Below, piece by piece: positions 37,783-47,669 of a stretch of 64,000 nucleotides of DNA. Both the position numbers and the translations under genes were made by a program. Positions within the stretch are counted from its first letter, which is position 1. Each line of letters starts with the position of its first letter. Below the pieces are notes generated by a model that searched no databases, was not told the origin of the DNA, and was given only the letters and a program-made list of their open reading frames with translations. Location of the stretch: contig CAYGBX010000002.1 in assembly GCA_964348195.1 (NCBI GenBank), forward strand, positions 63,586-127,585, in the 5' to 3' direction. Source of the DNA: an uncultured Anaerolineales bacterium. Lineage in GTDB: Bacteria; Chloroflexota; Anaerolineae; UBA7937; JACPPX01.

Positions 37783-37853
37783 CGACCTCCCTCGATCTGC
37801 GGCCGCTATTATACTCGACGGGCGCGGCGCCCAAGGCTAGGGGCCTGATAGAG

Positions 37854-37886
37854 CACAACCGGGGGGACGCCGTCCCCCCGGTTGTG
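37854..37886 (-). other. Perfect 14-bp intercistronic hairpin between the binding-protein and permease genes
   Basis: cacaaccgggggga-cgccg-tccccccggttgtg. No U-tract follows on the minus strand. Confidence 0.7.
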
Positions 37887-37903
37887 TGGAATCAACCTAG
37901 GCT

Positions 37904-39592
37904 CTAGGCCCTCTTGATGAGGTAGGTGAGCACCTCACGGACCGGGCTGGGCACGTACCCCTCGACATTGGCTCGGAAGAGCGTGGGCGGAGTGCGGTGG
38001 ACGACGGGGACGCTGATGACGCGGTCGTGGATGAGCTGGTTGGCATCCTCGTACATGGCCTTGCGGGTCTCGAAGTCGACTTCGGCAACGGCTGCCACCA
38101 GTAGTTCGTCGATCTCTGCATCAGGCGGCAGTCCGCCACCGGCTCCGTCGTTGTTGAAGCTAGTGTCGCCGCCGCAGAAGAAGATACACAGGAAGTTGTC
38201 GGGGTCGCCGTTGTCGCCGACCCACCCCAACATGAAGAGGTCGTGCTTGGTCCCGTCCTGCTCGAGGTCGCCGAGGTAGGGTTGGGGCCAAGCCGGCGAG
38301 ACGATCTCAGTGTTGATCCCGATGTCGGCCAGCATGGATTGGATCAACTCGCCGGTTGCCTGAGGGTCGGGATAGTAGGCGCGCGATACCGGCATCACGT
38401 AGAAGATGGCCGGGTCGGGGATCACCACCCCCTCGGCGATGGCTGCGTCCATGAACTCCTGAGCTAGAGCCAGGTCGAAGGGGTAGTCCACGATGGCCTC
38501 GTTGTACCCCCACAGGCTGGGAGGCTGGAACTGACTGGCCGGCTCCGCGTCGCCGGGGTAGATGGCGTCGACAATGGCCTGCTTGTCGATGGCGTGGGCG
38601 ATGGCCAGTCGGACATTGATGTTCTGCAGCCAATCCTTGGCCCAGTTGAAGCCCAGATACCCGACGTTGAAGGCGGGGTTGTAGATGACCGTTAGATTGG
38701 GATCGGCCAGAGCGGTGCTGATGTCGTCCGGGCTCGGGCTGGCCCACATGCTCAGGGAGTCGATCTCTCCCGCCTGGAGGGCCAGGAAAGCCGCCGAGGT
38801 GTCGGGGATGACCCGATAGATGATGGTCTCCAGGGTGGGCATCTCGCCCCAGTAGTCGTCGAAGCGGGTCAGAGTGAGGTGATCCTCCTTGACCCACTCT
38901 GAGACCATGAAGGGTCCAGTGCCTACCGCCAGCCCTTCGGCCGTGCCGTAGGTCTCGCCCTGCTCTTGGACGGCGGCGGGGCTGGCGAAACGGAAGTTCT
39001 CCATCGTCAGGGTGTTGAGAAGGCTGGCGTTGGGGACGCTGAGAGTGAGCTTCACGGTGGAGTCGTCCACTGCCTCGACCCCAGCCAGCACGCTCGCCTC
39101 GTCACCCTTGAATCCCTGGAACATGTAGTCCCAGTAGATGAAGTTGTCGGCGCCGAGGTTGTAGGGGTTGTCGGTGTCCCACCAGCGCTCGAAGTTGAAG
39201 ACCACCGCGTCGGCATCGAAGTCCGTGCCGTCGTGGAAGACCACGCCGTCTTGCAGGGTGAAGATCCACTCCAGCCCGTCAGCCGAGGCCGTCCAGGAAG
39301 TGGCTAGGCTGGCGACGGGGGTGGTGGTGCCGGGCTGGAACCCGGTGAGCCCTTCGTAGATGTGGCTGGCCGGGGCCAGGCTGTTGGCGCTGGTCTCCAG
39401 CGCCGGATCCAGCGTGCCCGCGTCCGCCGACTGGGCGAAGACCAGGGTCTGCTCCACCACGGGCGGCGCCTCGGGGGGCGCCTCGGGCGGGGCCGCAGGC
39501 GGGGCCTCAGGCGCGGGAGTGGCGCAAGCCGCCACCAACAGCGCCAGAGCCACCAACAGGCCCAGAGAGAGGGCCTTTCGGTTCGTTCTCAT
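37904..39592 (-). CDS. ABC transporter substrate-binding lipoprotein, family 5 (peptide/nickel)
   Basis: Signal peptide plus lipobox 'LLVAACATP', an Ala/Pro/Glu linker, and SBP_bac_5-like body. ATG 39592 is preceded by GGAGGAAAGGA; the track ORF from 39718 is over-extended. Confidence 0.85.
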   Translation of the reverse strand: MRTNRKALSLGLLVALALLVAACATPAPEAPPAAPPEAPPEAPPVVEQTLVFAQSADAGTLDPALETSANSLAPASHIYEGLTGFQPGTTTPVASLATSWTASADGLEWIFTLQDGVVFHDGTDFDADAVVFNFERWWDTDNPYNLGADNFIYWDYMFQGFKGDEASVLAGVEAVDDSTVKLTLSVPNASLLNTLTMENFRFASPAAVQEQGETYGTAEGLAVGTGPFMVSEWVKEDHLTLTRFDDYWGEMPTLETIIYRVIPDTSAAFLALQAGEIDSLSMWASPSPDDISTALADPNLTVIYNPAFNVGYLGFNWAKDWLQNINVRLAIAHAIDKQAIVDAIYPGDAEPASQFQPPSLWGYNEAIVDYPFDLALAQEFMDAAIAEGVVIPDPAIFYVMPVSRAYYPDPQATGELIQSMLADIGINTEIVSPAWPQPYLGDLEQDGTKHDLFMLGWVGDNGDPDNFLCIFFCGGDTSFNNDGAGGGLPPDAEIDELLVAAVAEVDFETRKAMYEDANQLIHDRVISVPVVHRTPPTLFRANVEGYVPSPVREVLTYLIKRA

Positions 39593-39780
39593 ATCCTTTC
39601 CTCCATAGATGGGTGGGATTTGAGGCCGATTCTCTATCGCGGCGGCTGCATCACCTCCTCTTTCTGCCCTTAGAGCGCAACCCCTCTGCGCAGTGGCAGG
39701 AGGGGTTGTCACGGACAAACTTTATCAAGTTCCTACCCCAGTGTCAAGGCGATGCTGGCCGCCCCAGAGACAGCGAAAGC

Positions 39781-40770
39781 TCAGCCCCCTGCGGCTTCCA
39801 GGCAGCGCGCCGAGGCCTCCTCCATCCTTTGCTCGACGCCCGGCCCCGCCATCACCTCCAGGGCCCTGAAATAGGCGTCCTCGGCCTGACACCAGTCGCC
39901 GGCCCGCGAGTGCTGATCGGCCCAGGATACATATGCCTGGTGCAGTCTGGCGCGACTATCCGCATAGTCCGGGCTGAGCACGTGGAGTTCCTCGAGAAGT
40001 GCCACGGACTCCTCCCAGTCTAACTCCCAAACCTCCATGGCTTGCACATACAGCGCAGCCCAATGGTGCTGGTTGGAGATCTCGAGATCGTCGGGCCTCA
40101 GTGCTAGCGCGCGTCCGAAGAGGGATTCTGCTTCGTGGATCTGGCCGGTCTGAACCGATCGCGTTCCCGCCCTTCGGTAGGCCTCGAACAGGAGATCGTT
40201 TTCCGGGGGCCCGAGGGCTCCGGGATCGAGTCTCTTCAACTGCTCCAGCTTGATGATGACTCCGTCCCAGTCCTCTTCCTCATAGAGTGACCAGGCGTTG
40301 TCCAGAAGGACGCGGGAGGCTTCGGCCAGCGCCGCTGAGGTGGGGCTCGCCTGCTCTCCCAGGAGCCCCCGAACCTCGATCAGGTGGGTCCGAGCCTCAT
40401 CCAGGCCGGGATCCAGTCGCACAGCCTCCTCGAACTCGGCCAGTGCCAAGAGAAGGTTTCCTTCCTCCTGGTGGAGAAGACCGCGCTCGAGGTAGGCAGC
40501 GGCTCCTTGGCGGTCCCACTGAGTCCGCTGTTGCAGGCCCTGGTAGACGCCCAGAATCCCGAGGGCGGCGATGGCCAGCACGCAGGCGACGGCGAACGCG
40601 GCGAGTCCGCCATACCAGGCGGGGCCCGGTGCCATTGCAGGCGGATGAGCCGCCGTCGCCTGTGCAGCTACTGGGTAGCTGCAGGCTGGGCAGTAGCGAT
40701 CTTGCGCGGATAGGCCGGCGCCGCAACGGCGGCAGAACCGCGCCGAAGGCAAGACTCGAGGATCGGGCAT
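39781..40770 (-). CDS. Zinc-ribbon / single-TM / TPR-repeat protein
   Basis: N-terminal 'CRRCGAGL...YCPACS', the TM segment 'GGLAAFAVACVLAIAALGILGV', then TPR-like repeats. Confidence 0.7.
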   Translation of the reverse strand: MPDPRVLPSARFCRRCGAGLSAQDRYCPACSYPVAAQATAAHPPAMAPGPAWYGGLAAFAVACVLAIAALGILGVYQGLQQRTQWDRQGAAAYLERGLLHQEEGNLLLALAEFEEAVRLDPGLDEARTHLIEVRGLLGEQASPTSAALAEASRVLLDNAWSLYEEEDWDGVIIKLEQLKRLDPGALGPPENDLLFEAYRRAGTRSVQTGQIHEAESLFGRALALRPDDLEISNQHHWAALYVQAMEVWELDWEESVALLEELHVLSPDYADSRARLHQAYVSWADQHSRAGDWCQAEDAYFRALEVMAGPGVEQRMEEASARCLEAAGG

Positions 40771-40781
40771 CGACCCCCCGG

Positions 40782-40810
40782 ATTATAGGGCCGGCTCGGA
40801 CGGCATCCAA
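40782..40810 (-). promoter_or_regulatory. Candidate promoter TTGGAT-17-TATAAT, with the -10 ending 11 nt before the ATG (near-leaderless)
   Basis: Minus-strand hexamers at 40810-05 and 40787-82. ATG at 40770. Confidence 0.45.
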
Positions 40811-40820
40811 GCGCCTCCTG

Positions 40821-40849
40821 TTGTTGGGGCACAGAGCGCTCCCTATAAT
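40821..40849 (+). promoter_or_regulatory. Candidate promoter TTGTTG-17-TATAAT for the plus-strand TPR gene
   Basis: Hexamers at 40821-26 and 40844-49, followed by GGAGG and TTG 40867. Confidence 0.5.
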
Positions 40850-40866
40850 CGGGTGGAGGGGGCCCG

Positions 40867-42087
40867 TTGGATCTGTATCCGAGGAGGCGCTCGCCGCTTC
40901 GGTCCCGGTGGGCTGGAGCCGCAGCAGCCGTCCTACTGCTGGTCCTCCTGTCCGTGGCCGTCGTCCAGGCCCAGCCCGAGCTCGCGGCTCGCTATCTCCC
41001 GGACACCGTTCTGGATTGGCTGGAGCCCTGGATCGGAGCCGGAGAGGGGGCGGAGGAACCGGTGGCCAGCGCCGATCATCTGGCAGCCGGGTTGGCACAC
41101 TTTAGGGAGGGCCACTTGGACGATGCCCTGGATGCCTTTCGGCGCGCCTCCGAGATTGATCCCGAAAACGCCGCGGCCCACGCCCAATTGGGCTACACGC
41201 TTGCCCTTCGGCGTCGCTACGGGGAGGCAGTGGAGGCAGCGAAGCGCGCCGTGTCATTGGATCCCACCAGCGCCCAAGCGCATGCTGCCCTGGCCTTCGC
41301 TCTGGATTGGAACGGACAGTACGACGAAGCCATCGTCTCCGCGCTGCGGGCACTGGAGCTTGACCCACAGAGCGCGGAAGCGCTTGCCTATCTAGCCGAG
41401 GCCTATGCTGATGTGAAGCGCTGGGACGAGGCGCTGGAGAACGCGGAACGCGCCATCTCGCTGGCGCCGGGGGACTTCCGCGGCCACTACCATCTGGGAT
41501 ATGTCTACGAGACGATGGGCCAATACGCTGCGGCGGTCGAGTCCTATCAGCGGGCGGCGGACCGGGCTCCGAAGCTGGGGTTCATCTACGTTCAGATCGC
41601 CATAAATCAACGCGCTCTGAGCGCGTTCGATGAGGCTGTGGCCAATCTGGAGAAGGCCATCCAGGTAGACGGCGGGGATCCGGTGGCTTACGAGATTCTG
41701 GGGCGGCTTTACTACGATCAAGAGGAGCTGGAGAGGGCCGAGTCGTACTTCGAGCAGGCGGTCCAAGTGGACCCGGGATACGCCAGCGGCTTCGGCTGGC
41801 TGGGAGTGGCGAACTACCGGCGCCGGCGCTACGAGGAGGCGATCCAGAACCTCGTTCGGGCCACCGAGCTGTACGAGGCCCTCTACCCCGGGTTGGAGGC
41901 CAGAGTGGGTCTTATCCCACAGCGTGTGGCCGAGTACTACTACCTTCTCGGTTGGGCGCACGTGTTCTTTGGGGAGTGCGATCTGGGAGTCCCGGCCTTC
42001 GATCGAGCCGTGCGGCTGGACCCCAGCGCCCAGCCTGCCTGGGAGGGACTGGAGCAGTGCGCAGCGGAGGCGTCTCAGAGCAGCTGA
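40867..42087 (+). CDS. TPR-repeat protein with an N-terminal signal/anchor
   Basis: 'AAAAVLLLVLLSVAVV' hydrophobic N-terminus followed by about eight TPR units (A..A...Y..AL..DP pattern). Confidence 0.75.
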   Translation: MDLYPRRRSPLRSRWAGAAAAVLLLVLLSVAVVQAQPELAARYLPDTVLDWLEPWIGAGEGAEEPVASADHLAAGLAHFREGHLDDALDAFRRASEIDPENAAAHAQLGYTLALRRRYGEAVEAAKRAVSLDPTSAQAHAALAFALDWNGQYDEAIVSALRALELDPQSAEALAYLAEAYADVKRWDEALENAERAISLAPGDFRGHYHLGYVYETMGQYAAAVESYQRAADRAPKLGFIYVQIAINQRALSAFDEAVANLEKAIQVDGGDPVAYEILGRLYYDQEELERAESYFEQAVQVDPGYASGFGWLGVANYRRRRYEEAIQNLVRATELYEALYPGLEARVGLIPQRVAEYYYLLGWAHVFFGECDLGVPAFDRAVRLDPSAQPAWEGLEQCAAEASQSS

Positions 42088-42220
42088 ACGGGCTCCTTAG
42101 GGAAGTTGATGTTTGGCACACCACGGGAAGGATTGAGGAGATCGGGAGGGAAATCAGGCGAGCGGGACCGGAATGCTTCACCGGTCCCGCCAGCTTGACT
42201 GAGACTGGCCGAGGTTCCGT

Positions 42221-42249
42221 TTGCAGTTTGCCATCGCCTGGGCTATGAT
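42221..42249 (+). promoter_or_regulatory. Candidate groESL promoter TTGCAG-17-TATGAT
   Basis: Hexamers at 42221-26 and 42244-49. CIRCE begins 10 nt downstream. Confidence 0.6.
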
Positions 42250-42258
42250 ATGTGCGCT

Positions 42259-42285
42259 CTAGCACTCTACTTCGAGGAGTGCTAG
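42259..42285 (+). promoter_or_regulatory. CIRCE operator (HrcA binding site)
   Basis: CTAGCACTC-N9-GAGTGCTAG, against the consensus TTAGCACTC-N9-GAGTGCTAA. Perfect inverted repeat directly upstream of groES. Confidence 0.9.
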
Positions 42286-42317
42286 TTCGCCTAGTATTGG
42301 TCGGAGGAGGAGAGCGC

Positions 42318-42614
42318 ATGGCTGCACCCAAGCTGCAACCCCTGGGCGATCGGCTCGTCGTAGAACCCATCGAACAGGAGGAGACGACGGCCTCAGGGAT
42401 CTACGTTCCCGAGACGGCGAAAGAGAAGCCTCAGGAGGGGCGGGTGATTGCCGTGGGGCCAGGCCGGATGTTGGACAATGGGGAGACGGCCCCGATCGGG
42501 GTAAAGGTCAAGGACAAGGTGCTGTTCGCCAAGTACGCGGGCACCGAGGTCACGCTTGACGACTCAAAACTCTTGATCCTGAGCGAGAAGGACATCCTCG
42601 CTATCGTTAAGTAG
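42318..42614 (+). CDS. groES: Co-chaperonin GroES
   Basis: '[44 protein letters not shown]'. ATG 42318 follows GGAGGAGGAG. Confidence 0.96.
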   Translation: MAAPKLQPLGDRLVVEPIEQEETTASGIYVPETAKEKPQEGRVIAVGPGRMLDNGETAPIGVKVKDKVLFAKYAGTEVTLDDSKLLILSEKDILAIVK

Positions 42615-42641
42615 CCGGCTGGCGACGAGGAGGAAAGGCAC

Positions 42642-44270
42642 ATGCCGAAGCAGTTGATTTTCGCAGAGGACGCCCGTCGCGACCTCAAGAAGGGCGTGGA
42701 TACGGTGGCGCGAGCGGTCCGGACCACCTTGGGTCCAAAGGGACGCAATGTCGCTCTGGACAAGAAGTTCGGAGCGCCCACCGTCACCCACGACGGGGTG
42801 ACCGTCGCCAAGGACATCGAGCTGGAAGAGCCCTTCGCCAACATGGGCGCCCAACTCCTGCGCGAGGCGGCGACCAAGACCAACGACGTCGCCGGGGACG
42901 GAACCACCACCTCGGTGACTCTGGCTCAGACCATCGTCAACGAGGGGCTGAAGAACGTGGCGGCGGGGGCCAACCCCATGCTCCTCAAGCGGGGCATCGA
43001 GGCAGCCACGCGACAAGTGGTCGACTCGATCAAAAAGCAGTCCAAAGAGATCAAGGACAAGGAAGAGATCGCCCACGTCGCGGCGATCTCGGCGGCGGAC
43101 ACGGAGATCGGAGATCTGATCGCCGAAGTGATGGACAAGGTGGGGAAGGATGGCGTGATCACCGTCGAGGAGTCCAAGGGGCTGGCCTTCGAGCAGGAAT
43201 ACGTCGAAGGAATGGAGCTGGACCGCGGATACATCTCCCCCTACTTCATCACGGATCCCGAGCGGATGGAGGCCGTCCTTGAGGAACCATACATCCTGAT
43301 CACTGACAAGAAGATCTCGGCCGCCTCGGACATTGTTCCCATTCTGGAGAAGCTGAACCAGATAGGTAGGCGCGAGGTGGTGGTCATCGCCGAGGATGTG
43401 GACGGCGAGGCGCTGGCCACCCTGGTCCTCAACAAGCTCCGCGGTGTCTTCAACGCCATGGGGGTGAAGGCCCCGGGCTTCGGGGACCGCCGGAAGGCCA
43501 TGCTCCAGGACATCGCGGTTCTTACAGGAGCCACGGTGATCTCGGAGGAGGTGGGACGGAAGGTTGAGTCAGCCACCATCAACGATCTCGGAAAGGCGGA
43601 CAAGGTCGTTGCTACCAAGGATGACACTACCATCATCGGCGGCAAGGGCAAGGAGGCCGACATCAAGGGCCGGATCGAGCAGATCAAGGCTCAGATTGAG
43701 ACCACCACCTCCGACTACGACAAGGAGAAGCTCCAGGAGCGGCAGGCCAAACTGGCCGGCGGCGTCGCGATCATCCGAGTCGGTGCCGCCACCGAGGTGG
43801 AATTGAAGGAGAAGAAGCACCGGGTGGAGGATGCGCTCCAGGCGACCCGCGCCGCCGTCGAGGAGGGAATCGTTCCGGGCGGAGGAGTGACCTTGCTCAA
43901 TGCCATTCCATCAGTGGATCCCAAGGACACCGTGGGCGACGTGGCCACCGGGTATCAGATCGTCAAGCGCTCCCTGGAGGAGCCCCTGATGCAGATTGCC
44001 GAGAACGCGGGCAAGGACGGGGCCGTAATCCTCGAAGAAGTGCGGCGCCGGCAGAAGAGCCGCAAGAGCAAGAACATCGGATACGACGTGCTCGAGGAAG
44101 AATTCGGTGACATGGTCAAGAAGGGAATCATCGACCCTGCCATGGTGACCCGGGCGGCCGTCCAGAACGCCTCGTCCATCGCCGCCATGATCCTGACCAC
44201 CGAGGCCCTCATCGCCGACATCCCGGAGGAGGAGAAGGCCCCGGCCGCACCTCCCATGCCAGAGTACTAG
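42642..44270 (+). CDS. groEL: Chaperonin GroEL
   Basis: '[13 protein letters not shown]', '[13 protein letters not shown]', 'GGGVTLL', and a C-terminal '[10 protein letters not shown]' tail. Confidence 0.98.
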   Translation: MPKQLIFAEDARRDLKKGVDTVARAVRTTLGPKGRNVALDKKFGAPTVTHDGVTVAKDIELEEPFANMGAQLLREAATKTNDVAGDGTTTSVTLAQTIVNEGLKNVAAGANPMLLKRGIEAATRQVVDSIKKQSKEIKDKEEIAHVAAISAADTEIGDLIAEVMDKVGKDGVITVEESKGLAFEQEYVEGMELDRGYISPYFITDPERMEAVLEEPYILITDKKISAASDIVPILEKLNQIGRREVVVIAEDVDGEALATLVLNKLRGVFNAMGVKAPGFGDRRKAMLQDIAVLTGATVISEEVGRKVESATINDLGKADKVVATKDDTTIIGGKGKEADIKGRIEQIKAQIETTTSDYDKEKLQERQAKLAGGVAIIRVGAATEVELKEKKHRVEDALQATRAAVEEGIVPGGGVTLLNAIPSVDPKDTVGDVATGYQIVKRSLEEPLMQIAENAGKDGAVILEEVRRRQKSRKSKNIGYDVLEEEFGDMVKKGIIDPAMVTRAAVQNASSIAAMILTTEALIADIPEEEKAPAAPPMPEY

Positions 44271-44301
44271 GTCCGCTGACGTCAAGCCCGCTCATGGTAG
44301 G

Positions 44302-44331
44302 CAGGGCCCCGCTCCGCGGAGCGGGGCCCTG
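44302..44331 (+). terminator. groEL terminator hairpin (13-bp stem, CGCG loop)
   Basis: cagggccccgctc-cgcg-gagcggggccctg, followed by GGTGTTCTCTG. Confidence 0.7.
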
Positions 44332-44488
44332 GGTGTTCTCTGCCTCCAATCCCTCGTTCTCGGTCCGATATGCGGCCCGGTGGCATGTGAGGGAAAGAAA
44401 ATCCAAGATCGAGTGATTTCTGGCGAAAGAATCCGGATCAGAAGCCTCTCACGGGATGACAGTTTCCCATGGATCGCCTTGCCCGTTC

Positions 44489-44517
44489 TTGACAGCTCCT
44501 GGGCACCTGACTAGATT
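44489..44517 (+). promoter_or_regulatory. Near-consensus promoter TTGACA-17-TAGATT
   Basis: Hexamers at 44489-94 and 44512-17, about 95 nt upstream of the small zinc-ribbon gene. Confidence 0.6.
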
Positions 44518-44611
44518 TTGGCGTCTTCTTGCATGGCCCCCGTGGGGCGCTGACAAGCTGGAACAGCCGGGAGCGCAGCGGACGAGCGGCTTCGTAGGAG
44601 GGATCCTAGGG

Positions 44612-44809
44612 ATGGAAGATGGCATCTGGGAGTGTAGCGTCTGCGGCTATGAGCACGAGACCGAGCAACCGCCCGGCCGGTGTCCGGACTGTGGCTCCGC
44701 GGCCCGCCGTTTCGTCTGGGTGAGCGATGATGGCGAGGACGAGATAGGCGGCAACGGCTGGGACGAGGGATTCGAGGACGAGCTCTGGGAGACCGAGGAG
44801 GCCTTCTAG
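44612..44809 (+). CDS. Small rubredoxin-like zinc-ribbon protein with an acidic tail (65 aa)
   Basis: 'WECSVCGYEHE...PGRCPDCGS' (CxxC-N14-CxxC) followed by a D/E-rich tail. ATG is preceded by TAGGAGGGA. Confidence 0.65.
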   Translation: MEDGIWECSVCGYEHETEQPPGRCPDCGSAARRFVWVSDDGEDEIGGNGWDEGFEDELWETEEAF

Positions 44810-44865
44810 GAACCCTTTCTCGGCCGCTCTAGCGATCTTGCCTCTGTGTCTTCCTGCGGTGCTGT

Positions 44866-44887
44866 GGCCCCTCCCTAGGGAGGGGCC
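44866..44887 (+). terminator. Palindromic hairpin ggcccctccc-ta-gggaggggcc
   Basis: About 9-10 bp GC stem 57 nt after the small gene's stop, followed by TCTCGGT. Confidence 0.5.
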
Positions 44888-44989
44888 TCTCGGTGGGTCA
44901 GCACGCGATGGGGTGCGAGAATGCCATCTTTGCTTCCGGTTCGGCCGCCAGAAGCCTGCGTCTGGAGATATTCTGAAGATGCCGGGTGG

Positions 44990-45018
44990 TTGGTCTCGCC
45001 CAGCCCCCGAACTATAAT
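44990..45018 (+). promoter_or_regulatory. Candidate gyrA promoter TTGGTC-17-TATAAT
   Basis: Hexamers at 44990-95 and 45013-18. Implies a ~115-nt leader. Confidence 0.5.
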
Positions 45019-45140
45019 GGGGTTCCCGCGCACTGTGCACCGCTTGGCGCCGCGCGAATCGGTTACCTGCCAGGAAGCATGCGAATGCACCTGCGCGGGC
45101 CGGGTGGGTTTGGCGTTCAAGCCCGTTTGCTGAGGATAGG

Positions 45141-47621
45141 ATGACTCTGGATGTAGGACGAAGCGTCTCTCTGGTCGATATCGATCAGGAGATGCGGGAG
45201 GCGTACCTCGATTACGCGATGAGCGTGATCGTGGCGCGCGCTCTACCCGATGCTCGCGACGGTCTCAAGCCCGTCCATCGGCGGATCCTGTACGCGATGT
45301 ACCGTGAGGGCCTTCTCTCCGACCGTCCCTTCTCCAAGTGCGCGGGGATTGTGGGTGAGGTCCTCAAGCGATATCACCCTCACGGAGATGCTGCGGTATA
45401 TGACTCCCTGGCGCGACTCACTCAGGAATGGAACATGCGATATCCCCTGGTACAGGGCCAGGGGAACTTCGGGTCGATCGACGGTGACAGCCCCGCAGCC
45501 TATCGCTACACGGAGGCGAGGCTGGCGACCATCGCCGAGGAGCTCCTGGCGGACATCGAGCAGGATACAGTCGACTTCGAGGACAACTTTGACGGTACGA
45601 CCCGCGAACCTTTGGTGCTTCCGGGCCGACTCCCCAATCTGCTCCTGAACGGTGCGTCGGGGATCGCGGTGGGAATGGCCACCAACATTCCCCCCCACAA
45701 CCTGGTGGAGATCTGCGACGGCCTGACCCACCTCATCGATCACTATGACCAGATCGACGAGGTGAGCCCGGCGGATCTCATGAAGCACATCCGTGGCCCC
45801 GACTTCCCGACGGGCGGGATCATCGTGGGAGGTGAAGGCATCGCTCAGGCTTACGGGACCGGGAAGGGGAAGTTGACGGTGCGGGCCAAGGCCCACATCG
45901 AGGATATGCCGGGAAAGCGGCACCGCATCGTGGTGACCGAGCTCCCGTATCAAGTGAACAAGAGCAGCCTGATCGAGAGGATCGCGGAGCTGGCCCGCGC
46001 GAAGCGGATCGATGCCATCAGCGACCTGCGGGACGAGAGCGACCGCCGTGGCATGAGCATCATCATCGAACTGAAGCGAGGATCCCAGCCCCAAACCGTT
46101 CTCCTGCAGCTCTTCAAGTACACCCAGCTTCAGACCACCTTTGGGGTCAACATGCTTGCCCTGGTCGACGGCGAGCCGCGCATCCTGACGCTCCGGCAGG
46201 CCCTGCTCCAGTACGTGGAGCACCGCAAGGAGGTGGTGCGAAGGCGCAGCGCCTTTGAGCTGGAACGCGCTCGGGAGCGGGCGCACATCCTGGAGGGATA
46301 CCTGATCGCCCTGGCTGACATCGATGCCGTGATCGAGACGATCCGGCGAAGCCGCACGGCGGAGACGGCGCGGAAGAACTTGGAGCGTCGTTTCAAGCTG
46401 ACCAAGATCCAGGCGACGGCCATCCTGGAGATGCCGCTGCGCCGGCTGGCCACCCTGGAGCGGAAGAAGATCAGAGATGAGCACCGAGATCTCCTGCGAC
46501 GCATCGGAGAGCTGGAGGGGATCTTGGCCGCGCCGAAGAAGATCTTGACGCTCATCCGGCAGGATCTGGCCGGGATCAAGAAGGCGTATGCAGACGAGAG
46601 GCGAACCCTGCTGATCCGGGCTGAGGAAGAGATCAGTGAGGAGGACCTCGTCCCCGAGGAGAACGTCCTTGTGGTGGTGACTCACCGGGGTTACATCAAG
46701 CGCGTGACGACGGCCGCCTACCGGCGCCAGCTGCGCGGTGGGGTCGGAGTCCGAGGGATGACCATGCAGCGGGAAGAGGACGCCGTCCAGCACCTAATGG
46801 CCGCGAATACCCTGGACAGGATCCTCTTCTTCACCAACCGAGGCCGGGTCTTCCAGGAGCGCGTCTACCAGATCCCTGAAGCTGGTCGCCAGGGGAGGGG
46901 TCTCCCTCTTAGCAACATCCTGGCCTTGCAGCCCCAGGAGCGGGTCACGGCGGCCTGCGCAGTCCCGTCGGAGGAGAAGGGGGCCTACCTGGTGATGGCC
47001 ACCCGTTTGGGCAAGGTGAAACGGACCGCCCTCCGCGAGTTCTCGACGGTGAGGGTAGCAGGGCTGATGGCCATCACCCTGGACGAGTGGGACGAGCTTG
47101 GCTGGGTGCGGCTGACCGGAGGCAAGGACGAGATCGTGCTAGTCAGCCAAGAGGGTCAGGCCATTCGCTTCCCGGAGGCAGAGATTCGTCCGGTGGGTCG
47201 GCAGGCGGGTGGGGTGATGGGCATCAAGCTCGGGATCGGCGATCGGGTTGCTGCCATGGATGTGGTCGAGCCCAAAGGGTATCTGCTGGTCGTGACCGAG
47301 CAGGGATTCGGCAAGAAGACCAGATTGGGCTCGGCGCGCGAGAAGAACACCTCCAAGATCTACCCCCGCCAGCGCCGCTACGGCCTGGGGGTGCGCACGC
47401 TCAGCCGCAGCGCGATGAAGGCCACGGGCAAGATCGTGACCGCTCGAGTCGTCCAGGACAAGGATGAGGTCACGCTGGTTTCAGCAGACGGAATGGTGAT
47501 CCGGACATCGGTGGCCGAGATCTCCGAGATGAGCCGTGACACGAAGGGTGTGCTCGTGATGAACCTTCGTGCCGGTGATACTGTGGCGTCTCTCGCCAGG
47601 GTGGGTAGCGAGCGAACCTGA
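45141..47621 (+). CDS. gyrA: DNA gyrase subunit A
   Basis: '[28 protein letters not shown]', '[12 protein letters not shown]', '[10 protein letters not shown]' (active-site Tyr), and C-terminal beta-pinwheel repeats. Confidence 0.98.
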   Translation: MTLDVGRSVSLVDIDQEMREAYLDYAMSVIVARALPDARDGLKPVHRRILYAMYREGLLSDRPFSKCAGIVGEVLKRYHPHGDAAVYDSLARLTQEWNMRYPLVQGQGNFGSIDGDSPAAYRYTEARLATIAEELLADIEQDTVDFEDNFDGTTREPLVLPGRLPNLLLNGASGIAVGMATNIPPHNLVEICDGLTHLIDHYDQIDEVSPADLMKHIRGPDFPTGGIIVGGEGIAQAYGTGKGKLTVRAKAHIEDMPGKRHRIVVTELPYQVNKSSLIERIAELARAKRIDAISDLRDESDRRGMSIIIELKRGSQPQTVLLQLFKYTQLQTTFGVNMLALVDGEPRILTLRQALLQYVEHRKEVVRRRSAFELERARERAHILEGYLIALADIDAVIETIRRSRTAETARKNLERRFKLTKIQATAILEMPLRRLATLERKKIRDEHRDLLRRIGELEGILAAPKKILTLIRQDLAGIKKAYADERRTLLIRAEEEISEEDLVPEENVLVVVTHRGYIKRVTTAAYRRQLRGGVGVRGMTMQREEDAVQHLMAANTLDRILFFTNRGRVFQERVYQIPEAGRQGRGLPLSNILALQPQERVTAACAVPSEEKGAYLVMATRLGKVKRTALREFSTVRVAGLMAITLDEWDELGWVRLTGGKDEIVLVSQEGQAIRFPEAEIRPVGRQAGGVMGIKLGIGDRVAAMDVVEPKGYLLVVTEQGFGKKTRLGSAREKNTSKIYPRQRRYGLGVRTLSRSAMKATGKIVTARVVQDKDEVTLVSADGMVIRTSVAEISEMSRDTKGVLVMNLRAGDTVASLARVGSERT

Positions 47622-47643
47622 GCAGCGTCCGAACCGGGACCTT

Positions 47644-47665
47644 TGAGGGGGCTCCGGCCCCCTCA
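47644..47665. terminator. Bidirectional hairpin tgagggggc-tccg-gccccctca between gyrA and murI
   Basis: Perfect 9-bp stem with T-rich flanks on both sides (ccttt / cttgc). Confidence 0.6.
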
Positions 47666-47669
47666 CTTG

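Noticed and set aside
36751-37848. 365-aa ORF antisense to the DppB-like permease, and 250-aa ORF (35717..36469) antisense to the DppC-like permease
   Set aside because: The products are charged low-complexity (rich in G, D, H, E, R and Q), whereas the sense frames give canonical six-TM ABC permeases.
45243-46793. 516-aa ORF antisense to gyrA
   Set aside because: It lies entirely inside the unambiguous gyrA coding region on the opposite strand. The translation is low-complexity (rich in L, R, P, G, D and Q) with no motifs. Long stop-free antisense frames are expected in GC-rich genes.
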